Assembly: GCA_964016885.1 (NCBI GenBank)
Contig: OZ024762.1
Coordinates: forward strand, 28,954,001-29,018,000
Direction of reading: 5' to 3'
Length of the DNA: 64,000 bases
Source: Eledone cirrhosa
Lineage: Eukaryota
The notes under the pieces are model-generated. The model had not been told where the DNA came from, searched no databases, and worked only from the letters and a program-made list of their open reading frames with translations. Position numbers and translations under genes: made by a program. Numbering within the stretch: the stretch's first letter is position 1; each line of letters opens with the position of its first letter. This document shows positions 24,475 to 37,609 of the stretch, one piece after another.

Positions 24475-25550
24475 TAATGTAGTCTTAGATACACTATGCC
24501 TGATAGCCACTAATACTAACTACTGTACTGTATATTAGATAATGTAGTCCTAGATACACTATGCCTGATAGCCACTAATACTAACTACTGTACTGTACAT
24601 TAGATAATGTAGTCCTAGATACACTATCTCTGATAGCCTCTAATAGTGATTACTGTACTGTACATTATGTAATGTAGTCCTAGATACACTATGTCTGGTA
24701 GCCACTAATACTAACTACTACACTGTACAATAGGTAATGTATTCCTAGATACACTATGCCTGATAGCCAGTAATAATAACTACTATATTGTACATTAGAT
24801 AATGTATTCCTAGATACACTATGTCTGATAGCCAGTAATACTAACTACTATATTGTACATTAGATAAGGTAGTCATAGATACACTATGTCTGATAGCCAC
24901 TAATACTAACTACTGTACATTAGGTAATGTAGTCCTAGATACACTATGTCTGATAGCCACTAATACTAACTACTGTACTGTACATTAGATAATGTAGTCC
25001 TAGATATACTATGTCTGATAACCACTAATACTAACTTCTATACTGTACATTAGATAATGTAGTCCTAGATATACTATGTCTGATAGCCACTAATACTAAC
25101 TAATGTACTGTACATTAGATAATGTAGTCCTAGATATACTATGTCTGATAGCCACTAATACTAACTACTGTACTGTACATTAGATAATGTAGTCCTAGAT
25201 ACACTATGTCTGATAGCCACTAATACTAACTACTGTACTGTACATTAGATAATGTAGTCCTAGATACACTATGTCTGATAGCCACTGATACTAACTACTG
25301 TATTGTACATTAGATAATGTAGTCCTAGATACACTATGTCTGATAGTCACTAATACTAACTACTGTACTGTACATTAGATAATGTAGTCCTAGATACACT
25401 ATGTCTTATAGCCAGTAATACTGACTACTGTACTGTACATTAGATAATGTAGTCCTAGATATACTATGTCTGATAACCACTAATACTAACTACTGTACTG
25501 TACATTAGATAATGTAGTCCGAGATACACTATGTCTGATAGTCACTAGTA
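24475..25550. repeat. 65-bp minisatellite, ~16 copies
   Basis: AATGTAGTCCTAGATACACTATGTCTGATAGCCACTAATACTAACTACTGTACTGTACATTAGAT recurs (e.g. 24991, 25056). Confidence 0.95.
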
Positions 25551-26389
25551 TTTACATAGTTCACAGGGAGATTCAGCGAGACAAAACGTGTGACATGCCT
25601 TCCTTTTTAAATACATATAGAATCCATCTTATATTATAATGCGTCTGGGTATTTCATTGACACGTGTACCGTTGACATTGTTCTCAGAGAGATTCAGTGT
25701 GACAATTCTATGTAACAACGTTACCCTATAATTACTGGTACAACTTATTAGTTTTGCCAGCTGGGAGAAATGTTTTGTTCAAGGGGCCAACGCACAGACC
25801 ACCCGGTCTCACGAACCATACGTTCTTGAATTACGCGCTATCACCGCGTAAACCCGGTTTCCTCCACACAAAATACACCAGAATAATTTAATCCGGATTA
25901 ATTCACGAACAAGATTTACAATAAGTCGCTGAGAGTGATCTCCCTTGGCTGACTTTACAATCTTTACTTTTTCCATTAGAAATGAATTTGTTTCATGTCC
26001 GACTGAAAGACTCTGGAGTTTTTACCTGTCTGGGGTTTAATTAATGAGGAATGTTGAGGTATTTATAACAATTATTAATTATTTCATTACTGAGATATCA
26101 TTTGAAGGATTTACTGAAGTTTTTAATTATTAATTATTTTATTAGTAACTTAACATGTGGTTCTTGTATAAAATTATGTTGGAAGATTTTTAAGAAGAAG
26201 CTATGTAACCGGACCCCGTAAAATAGAATCCCTGGCTATGTAGCCGGTAAGAGTGTCAAACACCATGTGTTGCAGCCCTTTATTGTCTGAGTTAAGACAT
26301 TTTAAAATCTTTTCCACCATCAATTGTTAAAAAACAAGTTAAAGTCATTTTGTCGTCCATTTTAACTTACGTTACACTTTAGTTATATA

Positions 26390-29210
26390 TACATCTACTG
26401 TGTTACATACACACACATCTACTGTCTTACATACACACACATCTACTGTGTTACATACACACACATCTACTGTGTTACATACACACACATCTACTGTGTT
26501 ACATACACACACACCTACTGTGTTACATGCACACACATCTACTGTGTTACATACACACATCTACTGTGTTACATATACAGAGATCTACAGTGTTACATAC
26601 ACACACATCTATTGTGTTACATACACACATCTATTGTGTTACATACACACACATCTACTTTGTTACATACACACACATCTACTGTGTTACATGCACACAT
26701 CTACTGTCTTAGATACACACACATCTACTGTCTTACATACACACACATCTACTGGGTTACATACACATACATCTACTGTGTTACATACACACACATCTAT
26801 TGTGTTACATACACACACATCTACTGTGTTACATACACACATCTACTGGGTTATATACGCACACATCTACTGGGTTACATACACACACATCTACTGTGTT
26901 ACATAAACACACATCTACTGTGTTATATACACACACATCTATTGTGTTACATACACACACATCTACTGTGTTACAGACACGCACATCTAATGTGTTACAT
27001 ACCCACACATCTACTGTGTTACATACAAACACATCTACTGTGTTACATACACACACATCTACTGTGTTACATACACACACATCTATTGTGTTATATACAC
27101 ACACATCTATTGTGTTACACACATCTACTGGGTTACATACACTCACATCTACTGAGTTACATACACTCACATCTACTGTGTTACATACACACACATCTAC
27201 TGTGTTAGTTACACACACATCTACTGAGTTACATACACATACATCTACTGTGTTATATACACACACATCTATTGTGTTACATACACACACATCTACTGTG
27301 TTACATACACACACATCTACTGTGTTACATACACACACACCTACTGTATTACATACACACACATCTACTGTGTTACATACACACATCTACTGTGTTACAT
27401 ATACAGAGATCTACAGTGTTACATACACACACATCTATTGTGTTACAATACACACATCTACTGTGTTACATACACACACATCTACTGTGTTACATACACA
27501 CACATCTACTGTGTTACATACACACACATCTACTGTGTTACATACACACACATCTGTGTTATATACACACACATCTATTGTGTTACATACACACACATCT
27601 ACTGTGTTATATACACACACATCTACTGTGTTACATACACACATCTACTATGTTACATACACATACATCTACTGGGTTACATACACACACATCTACTGTG
27701 TTACATACACACACATCTACTGAGTTACATATACAGAGATCTACAGTGTTACATACACACACATCTATTGTGTTACAATACACACATCTGTGTTACATAC
27801 ACACATCTACTATGTTACATACACACACATCTACTGTGTTACATACACACATCTACTGTGTTACATATACAGAGATCTACAGTGTTACATACACACACAT
27901 CTATTGTGTTACATACACACACATCTATTGTGTTACATACACACACATCTACTGTGTTACATACACACACATCTACTGTGTTACATGCACACATCTACTG
28001 TCTTAGATACACACACATCTACTGTCTTACATACACACACATCTACTGGGTTACATACACATACATCTACTGTGTTACATACACACACATCTATTGTGTT
28101 ACATACACACACATCTACTGTGTTACATACACACATCTACTGGGTTATATACGCACACATCTACTGGGTTACATACACACACATCTACTGTGTTACATAA
28201 ACACACATCTACTGTGTTATATACACACACATCTATTGTGTTACATACACACACATCTACTGTGTTACAGACACGCACATCTAATGTGTTACATACCCAC
28301 ACATCTACTGTGTTACATACAAACACATCTACTGTGTTACATACACACACATCTACTGTGTTACATACACACACATCTATTGTGTTATATACACACACAT
28401 CTATTGTGTTACACACATCTACTGGGTTACATACACTCACATCTACTGAGTTACATACACTCACATCTACTGTGTTACATACACACACATCTACTGTGTT
28501 AGTTACACACACATCTACTGATTTACATACACATACATCTACTGTGTTACATACACACACATCTATTGTGTTACATACACACACATCTACTGTGTTACAT
28601 ACACACACATCTACTGTGTTACATACACACACACCTACTGTATTACATACACACACATCTACTGTGTTACATACACACATCTACTGTGTTACATATACAG
28701 AGATCTACAGTGTTACATACACACACATCTATTGTGTTACAATACACACATCTACTGTGTTACATACACACACATCTACTGTGTTACATACACACACATC
28801 TACTGTGTTACATACACACACATCTACTGTGTTACATACACACACATCTACTGTGTTACATACACACACATCTGTGTTATATACACACACATCTATTGTG
28901 TTACATACACACACATCTACTGTGTTATATACACACACATCTACTGTGTTACATACACACATCTACTATGTTACATACACATACATCTACTGGGTTACAT
29001 ACACACACATCTACTGTGTTACATACACACACATCTACTGAGTTACATACACATACATCTACTGGGTTACATACACACACATCTACTGAGTTACATACAC
29101 ACACATGTACTGTGTGATATACACACATCTACTGTGTTATATACACACACATCTACTGTGTTACACACACACACACATCTACTGTGTTACACACACACAC
29201 ACATCTACTC
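26390..29210. repeat. ~24-bp minisatellite with a 1294-bp higher-order duplication
   Basis: ACATCTACTGTGTTACATACACAC; variant pattern at 26800 recurs at 28094. Confidence 0.95.
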
Positions 29211-29769
29211 ATACATATTCATAAATAGACACAATACAAAATATTTATTACATACACACACATCTATGTAATGATTGAGGAATGAATTGGCTGGTGAAAC
29301 GCTATAGCGATGTGTGTGTTGCGTACCTTTAAGGTTTACCGGCTTCGTAGCCTGTTCGAAGATTTTATTATAATTATGAACCTCGTATTTCAATTAATTA
29401 TGAATAATTTGGGCTATTTATCACAATTGTTAGTTAATTACTAACATAGTAACATAACATATGGTTGTTATATAGAATTTCGTTGGAAGACTTTAATTTA
29501 GATAGGAACCATTTCCATATAACGAGAACCTATTTTGGCTGGGTTTCTACCAAAATGGTTAATGAAGAATTTTGAACAATTTACTAAAATTATTATATCA
29601 TTACTAAGATAATGTGTGAATACACAATTATATGTGTGTATATATATATATATATATAGTAATAATAATAAAATTGAAGACTAAAATCCAAAGAGGGCTC
29701 AATAAGGATAAATATATATCAAATATATAAGAACTGTAGAGAAAATATTTATTAAAATAACAGATTAAT

Positions 29770-30110
29770 ATATATATGCACGTATGGATTCACCGAATAT
29801 TTATTATAATATTTATTATAATGTTTGTAAACAAACATCCCGTATTAAGCCGTAGTGTCTAGCAACCACCGTTGCTCGTTTGTTCAACACTGACAAAGGA
29901 ACGCTGTACTAGTTTCAAGCTTGTTAGCTATCGTCAGCAACGTATACCTTCCTGCCAGATTGTTGAACGTATATACTTACCTTATGCATATTAACGGGCT
30001 ACAAACGAGCAACGGTGGTTGCTAGACACTACGGCTTAATACGGGATGTTTGTTTACAAACACACCGAGCATTATAATAAATATTCGGTGAATCCATACG
30101 TGCATATATA
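29770..30110. repeat. Inverted repeat, ~110-bp arms with ~120-bp spacer
   Basis: TGCACGTATGGATTCACCGAATAT...GCAACCACCGTTGCTCGTTTGT vs ACAAACGAGCAACGGTGGTTGC...ATATTCGGTGAATCCATACGTGCA. Confidence 0.85.
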
Positions 30111-30246
30111 TATGTGTGCATGTATGTATATATATATATACATACTACTGTACGTCGGTATGCATATATGTGTGTACGTGTACATACTTATATTTAAGTA
30201 ACAGCCGTACTAAGAGTGGGAAATGAAATATCGTTTCATCTTTTCC

Positions 30247-30301
<55 letters not shown>

Positions 30302-30623
30302 AATATATAAATATACATATGAAATGTAATGTATAAATAACATTTTCTTCTTGTCTCCCACCCTTCAGTTCATTCATCCATATATCTATAATCGCCCAGA
30401 ATCCAAATCCTACTTCATAATTGCTATTCTATAATTCTGTCTGACTGTTCTAAATAATCTTCTCCTCGCTAACTACCCCATACCCCCCCCCCCATTCTCC
30501 AGCTTTATTATTTGGACCAATCACAAGTCAACGGCCTATGCTATCACTTCTGGTTACTTTTCGATATGGTGGATGGACTAAGAAATTTCTGGAGAGTCTG
30601 AAGAATCTGGACACTCGAAGACA

Positions 30624-33105
30624 ATGCCAAAGATAACGACAAATTCACGTCATGCTGCCGGACGAAAGGGCAAGGCCCCCTCCTCTTTGTTGCGGCCGCG
30701 GATGGCCAACATAACCCCAACCCCATCCCCCTCACCCCTCCCTGCGCCCTACCCACCAAACGCAATCCAAAACTTCAGAGTTGGTACCATGAATGTAGGC
30801 ACCTTAAAAGGCCGCTCTAACGAGGTTGTAGAAATGCTTGAACGTAAGGAGATTGATGTTTGCTGTATCCAAGAGACCAGGTGGAGGGGCGGGTCTGCTA
30901 GATTCATTGTGGGTAAAAACGATGCTATAAGCTTTTCTGGCTGGGAAATGACAATGGGCTGGGTGGGGTAGGAATCATGTTAGCAGAAAAATGGGTGGAT
31001 AAGATAATAGACGTAAATAGAGTGAATGACAGAATAATTAAAATAAGACTTGTTCAAAATAGTACTACTGTGACAGCAATATCTGCGTACGCGCCCCAAT
31101 CCGGACTGCCTGGCGCTATAAAAGACAGATTCTATGAGACACTGATGCTCACTACCTCCCAAATAACTGACAGTGACTATATAACTATTGCTGGCGACCT
31201 AAATGGTCACATTGGACAACATTGTGACGGTTATGACGGAATCCACGGAGGCTATGGATTTGGTACTAGAAATGAGGAAGGCTCCAGAACCCTGGAATTC
31301 TGTGACGCAAATAGGCTAACTATCTGTAAGGACGAGACGTACTCGACAGCAGAAGAGGACTATCCTCAGGAGAAAAATATGGAATCTAAAGGACCCCACA
31401 GCCAGAAATAAATTTAAAAGCATATTACTTGATGCTTTCGACAGTAAGGAAGATCATTTAGAGTCGTACAATATAGAGGAACAGTGGGAATTCCTGAAAG
31501 CAAACCTGCTGATGGCGGCAGACGAAGTCTGTGGCCGGAGCAGGCCTATAGGCAGGAGGAGAGTAACATGGTGGTGGAACAGTAAGGTGGAGGAGTCGAT
31601 TAAGGCCAAACAGCCGGTGTTGATGAATGGCTTGTGAGAGCTATACAAGCCATGTATAAAGAAACAGTCAGCAAGGTTAGAATTAACAACGAATATAGTG
31701 AAGAGTTTAGCATAAAATTTGGTGTTCATCAGGGCTCCGTTCTTAGCCCTCTACTATTTATTATTGCCCTTCAGACTATAACAGTGGAGTTCAAGACCGG
31801 CTGCCCATGGGAACTCCTATACGCAGATGATCTAACGCTCATAGCTGAATCAATAGCCGAACTAGAGAAGAAATTCCAAACATGGAAGCATGGCCTAGAA
31901 TCAAAAGGCCTTAAAATTAACCTGTCTAAGACTAAAGTTCTAGTTTGTAGGAAGGAAAATAGGGCGCCAGTCCCATCCGGGAAATGGCCATGCTCAGTGT
32001 GTAGGAAAGGAGTAGGTAGAAACTCCATTTTATGTCCCAAATGCAAAGTATGGGTGCATAAAAGATGTAGTGGGATCACAAGTAAGCTAACTAAGAACAT
32101 AGATTTTATATGTGGCCGGTGCTCTGGTGCAATAAGTAGCAGCAAGTGCCCACAGAATACTAGCTCATTCCATTGCACAGATGGTTCTATAGAAATAGTG
32201 GACAGTTTCCATTACCTGGGTGACAAAATCAGCAGTGGGGGAGGGTGCTCTGAAAGTACAGTAGCTAGAGTCAGAACTGGATGGAAAAAGTTCAGAGAGC
32301 TTATACCACCATTAACCGCTAAAGGGTTCTCCCTAAAAATTAAAGGCAGGTTATACGATGCCTGCATACGAACAGCAATGCTGCATGGCAGTGAGACCTG
32401 AGAGGAACGAAGCTTGCATGCTCCGCTGGATGTGTAATAGTAATATATGTGAACGGCAAAGCATAAACGAACTAAGGGAAAAATTAGAAACAAGAGGGAT
32501 CAGATGTTGTTTACTCGAGAGAAGGCTACGTTGGTATGGTCACGTGATGCGCATGAAAGACGACAGCTGTATAAAAAAGTGCAGAGCACTCAAAGTTGAA
32601 GGGAGCTATGGAGATGTTGGAAGACTTGGGATGAGTTGATAAAAGCTGACCTTGCACAATTGCACCTCTCAAAGGGTATGACACAGGACCATGATCTCTG
32701 GCACTATGCTATCATACAGAAGATCCACCTTCCCATATGAAGGGGCTGAGGCATACATCTAGTATGCACCACCTTCCATCCCATAGACCTTCCACGTTGT
32801 AGTCACCCCACCCTTATATCTACCTCCTCAATTCCCCATGCATCTCACCCACCCAAGTCCCCAAACAACACTATATAAGTGGTCAGCTTGGCGCCACGAC
32901 AATGAATGCCCAATCGACACTGGAAAGTGGTCGTGTTGGTAACATGACTAAAAGAACCCAGTACACATTGTTGTTGGCATTAGGACAACCAGACATAGAA
33001 ATGAAGCCAAAATCAGTTCTGTGTGAGCAAAACATGGTCCTCTGACATGGCTCATCTAACCCATGCTAGCGTGGAAAATGGACGTTGAATGATGAAGATG
33101 ATATC
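30624..33105 (+). mobile_element. RTE-clade LINE, internally deleted and frameshifted (copy 1)
   Basis: APE motifs VGTMNVGTL, CIQETRW, SAYAPQ, AGDLNGH; jumps near 31328, 31613 and 32400; RT GVHQGSVLSP, LLYADD; Cys-rich insert; RLRWYGHVMR; GATGAAGATGAT tail. 5' boundary approximate. Confidence 0.9.
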
Positions 33106-33309
33106 TGCATACACAGGGTCGGTGACAGACTAGCTGGCACCCTAGGCAAGCTGACAATCTGGCACCCTCAAAGGAAAATATCAATTTCAAAATTTATAAA
33201 CAAAAAAATATTTGTTTTATATTTTCACCATGTATTTGTCCCTGTATGAAATAAAACTGAAATATATCTATTTATTTATTTGTTTTAAATTGTTTAATTG
33301 GAGAAATGC

Positions 33310-34055
33310 CCCACTTGAAATCAATGCCCTAGGCAGCTCCACTTGAAATCAATGCCCTAGGCAGTGCCACTTGAAATCAGTGCCCTAGGCAAGGCCACTA
33401 CAAATCAGCGCCCTAGGCAGTGCCACTTGAAATCAGCGCCCTAGGCAGTGCCACTTGAAATCAATGCCCTAGGCAGTGCCCCTTGAAATCTGTGCCCTAG
33501 GCAGTGCCACTTGAAATCAGCGCCCTAGGCAGTGCCACTTGAAATCAATGCCCTAGGCAGTGCCACTTGAAATCAATGCCCTAGGCAGCTCCACTTGAAA
33601 TCAGTGCCCTAGGCAGTGCCACTTAAATTCAGCGCCCTAGGCAGTGCCACTTGAAATCAATGCCCTAGGCAGCTCCACTTGAAATCAGCGCCCTAGGCAG
33701 TGCCACTTGAAATCAATGCCCTAGGCAGTGCCACTTGAAATCAATGCCCTAGGCAGCTCCACTTGAAATCAATGCCCTAGGTAGTGCCACTTGAAATCAA
33801 TGCCCTAGGTAGTGCCACTTGAAATCAATGCCCTAGGCAGTGCCACTTGAAATCAGTGCCCTAGGCAGTGCCCCTTGAAATCAGTGCCACTTGAAATCAG
33901 TGCCCCTTGAAATCAGTGCCCCTTGAAATCAGTGCCCTAGGCAGTGCCACTTGAAATCAGTGCCCTAGGCAGTGCCCCTTGAAATCAATGCCGTAGGCAG
34001 TGCCACTTGAAATCAATGCCCTAGGCAGTGCCACTTGAAATCAGTGCCCTAGGCA
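33310..34055. repeat. 28-bp minisatellite, ~26 copies
   Basis: CCACTTGAAATCAGTGCCCTAGGCAGTG; the GCACCCTAGGCA motif also occurs upstream near a CAGGG start at ~33115 (possible hAT end). Confidence 0.93.
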
Positions 34056-34069
34056 CTTTGTTTCATTGG

Positions 34070-34177
34070 TATGTGTGTGATTGCACCTATGTAAATACCT
34101 GACGTGTGTGTACATGTATATATATATGTGTGTGTGTGTGATTGCACCTATGTAAATACCTGACGTGTGTGTACATG

Positions 34178-34211
<34 letters not shown>

Positions 34212-34367
34212 ATTGCACCTATGTAAATACCTGCCGTGTGTGTACATGTATATATATATATATGTGTGTGTGTGATTGCACCTATGTAAATACCTGACGT
34301 GTGTGTACATATATATATGTGTGTGTGTGTGTGATTGCACCTATGTAAATACCTGACGTGTGTGTAC

Positions 34368-34402
<35 letters not shown>

Positions 34403-34436
34403 ATTGCACCTATGTAAACACCTGACGTGTGTGTAC

Positions 34437-34467
<31 letters not shown>

Positions 34468-34720
34468 ATTGCACCTATGTAAATACCTGACGTGTGTGTA
34501 CATGTATATATATATATATGTGTGTGTGTGTGATTGCACCTATGTAAATACCTGACGTGTGTGTACATGTATATATATATGTGTGTGTGTGTGTGATTGC
34601 ACCTATGTAAATACCTGACGTGTGTGTACATATATATATATATGTGTGTGTGTGTGTGATTGCACCTATGTAAATACCTGCCATGTGTGTACATGTATAT
34701 ATATATATGTGTGTGTGTGT
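34070..34720. repeat. Compound minisatellite (~62-76 bp, variable (TA)n(TG)n), ~10 copies
   Basis: GATTGCACCTATGTAAATACCTGACGTGTGTGTACA followed by (TA)n(TG)n. Confidence 0.92.
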
Positions 34721-34825
34721 ATCTGTTACATTGACGTAAGTTGAAAAACCTCTGTATAGTTTAGTCATTGTCTGTGATGGGTCACCAGTAAAGATAGATA
34801 TCAATCTATGTATATATATGTACAT

Positions 34826-34898
<73 letters not shown>

Positions 34899-34911
34899 CA
34901 TACACACACAC

Positions 34912-36534
34912 AAAGAAACAGTCAGTAAGGTTAGAATTAACAACGAATATAGTGAAGAGTTTAGCGTAAAAGTTGGTGTCCATCAGGGCTCTGTACTTAG
35001 CCCCCTACTATTTATTATTGCCCTTCAGGCTATAACAGAGGAGTTCAAGACCGGCTGCCCATGGGAACTCCTATACGCAGATGATCTAACGCTCATAGCT
35101 GAATCAATGACCGAACTAGAGAAGAAATTCCAAACGTGGAAGCACGGCCTAGAATCAAAAGGCCTTAAAATTAACCTGGCTAAGACTAAAGTTCTAGTTT
35201 GTAGGAAAGAAAATAAGGCGGCGGTCCCATCGGGGAAATGGCCATGCTCAGTGTGTAGGAAAGGCGTAGGTAGAAACTCCATTTTATGTCCCAAATGCAA
35301 AGTATGGGTGCATAAAAGATGTAGTGGGATCACAGGTAAGCTAACTAAGAACATAGATTTTACATGTGGCCGGTGCTCTGGTGCAATAAGTAGCAGCAAG
35401 TGCCCACAAAATACTAGCTCCTTCAACTGCGCAGAGGGTTCTATAGAAATAGTGGACAGCTTCCGTTATCTGGGTGACAAAATCAGCAGTGGGGGAGGGT
35501 GCTCTGAAAGTACAGTAGCTAGAGTCAGAACTGGATGGAAAAAGTTCAGAGAGCTTATACCACTATTAGCCGCTAGAGGGTTCTCCTTAAAAATGAAAGG
35601 CAGGTTATACGATGCCTGCATACGAACAGCAATGCTGCATGGCAGTGAGACCTGGGCATTGTGTGCAGAGGATATACGCAGACTAGAGAGGAACGAAGCT
35701 TGCATGCTCCGCTGGATGTGCAATAGTAATATACGTGAACGTCAAAGCATAAACGAACTAAGGAAAAAATTAGAAATAAGAGGGATCAGATGTTGTTTAC
35801 TCGAGAGAAGGCTACGTTGGTACGGTCACGTGATGCGCATGAAAGACGACAGCTGTATAACAAAGTGCAGGGCAATAAAGATAGACGGTAGCCACGGAGT
35901 AGGCAGACCCAGAAAAACATGGGACGAGCTGATAAATTCCGACCTCACACGCTTACACCTCTCCAAGACAATGTCACTGGACCGAGACCTTTGGCGGTAC
36001 TCAGTAATAGAGAAGACCCGCCTTACCTAAATACAAAGTAAAAACCTACTACAGTCAGTAGGCACCTCTATCAAAACACAGCCCCGTCCCACCACCTCCA
36101 CCCCACCCACACCGCCCCTTTCAATGTAAAGTTATGTTGGTCCCACAACATCCAGGCCGAAACAAATGAGATCGTGTAGGTGTCACGACAAAAAACACAC
36201 AGTCCACGCTGTAAATGTGGCCGTGTAGGCAACACGGTAAAAACCTCCCAGCCCCACACTGTAAATGTGGTTGGTGTTAGGAAGGGCATCCAGCTGTAGA
36301 AAACCCGCCAGACAGTCCACGCTGTAATGTGGCCGTGTAGGCAACACGGTAAAAACCTCCCAGCCCCACACTGTAAATGTGGTTGGTGTTAGGAAGGGCA
36401 TCCAACTGTAGAAAACCCGCCAGACAGTCCTATGCGAGCAAGACAACCACTCTTGCCTCAAGTGGGAAAACCCCCGTCCAAACCCATGCAAGCGTGGAAC
36501 ACGGACGCTAAACCTGATGATGATGATGATGATG

Positions 36535-36535
<1 letters not shown>
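34912..36535 (+). mobile_element. 5'-truncated RTE LINE (copy 2)
   Basis: Open frame through HQGSVLSP, YADD, Cys-rich insert, GRPRKTW to stop at 36030; 3'UTR with internal tandem duplication (~36200-36430); (GAT)n tail. Confidence 0.92.
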
Positions 36536-36568
<33 letters not shown>

Positions 36569-36886
36569 ACACACACACACACATATATATATATACATAC
36601 ACACACACACGCATATATATATATATAGATACACACATACATATATATATATATACATACACACACACATATATATATACATACACACACACATATATAT
36701 ACATACACGCACACACATATATATACATACACACACACACACATATATATATATATACATACACACACATATATATATATATATATATACACATACACAC
36801 ACACACATATATATATACATACACACACACACACATATACGTGTGTGTGTGTCTGTGTATGCATATACTCATATATATATATATAC

Positions 36887-36927
<41 letters not shown>

Positions 36928-37003
36928 AATGAAAAAGTATAGAAATTATTATATATTATATATAATTAACAACAAAGAACGCTTAGAGCATAGGTATATC
37001 TTT

Positions 37004-37056
37004 ACTTGCTGACAGTGTTTCGTCCACACTATAAGTGGGACTCATCAGAGCATAAG
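37004..37056 (-). ncRNA. Minimal type I hammerhead ribozyme motif (Penelope-like-element type)
   Basis: Minus strand reads CUUAUGCU-CUGAUGA-GUCCCAC-UUAUA-GUGUGGAC-GAAAC-ACU-GUC-AGCAAG: intact core, pairable helices I and II, very short helix III, GUC cleavage triplet. Confidence 0.8.
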
Positions 37057-37609
37057 AGTGGATAAGTGGTGTGTTACACACTCCTGATCCTCTCCCTTAT
37101 ATACTATATATTATATATATATACATGGAGGCACATGGCTTAGTGGTTAGAGCATTGGCCTTGCAATCGAAAGGTTGTGAGTTCAATTCTCAGACCAGGT
37201 GATGTGTTGTTTCCTTGAGCGGGACACTTTATTTCACATTGCTCCAGTTTACTCAGCTGTAGAAATGAGATGATAGGGACTGGGGTCACTATCATTCCAC
37301 TGCAAAGTGGTCGTGCAGGTGTCACGGAAAAAAAAGCACCCAGCACTCACTGAAAATGAGGTTGGTGTTAGGAAGAGCATCCAGCCAGAATCAGTTCCCG
37401 TCTCACCCTTGCAAGCAGGGAAAAGTGGACGTAAAATGAAATGATGATGATGATATTTTATCGGTAGAGGATTGGACGCCATGCTTTCCAGCATAGTTAC
37501 CTCCCTTTATGATCTGAGTTCAAATCCTGTCGAGGTTAACTTTGCCTTTCATGCTTACGGGGTCGATAGAATAAAGTACCAGTAATTCACTGGAATAATT
37601 GCTGGCCTT

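Noticed and set aside
26372-29271. His/Thr/Tyr-rich ORFs
   Set aside because: Translations of a 24-bp satellite.
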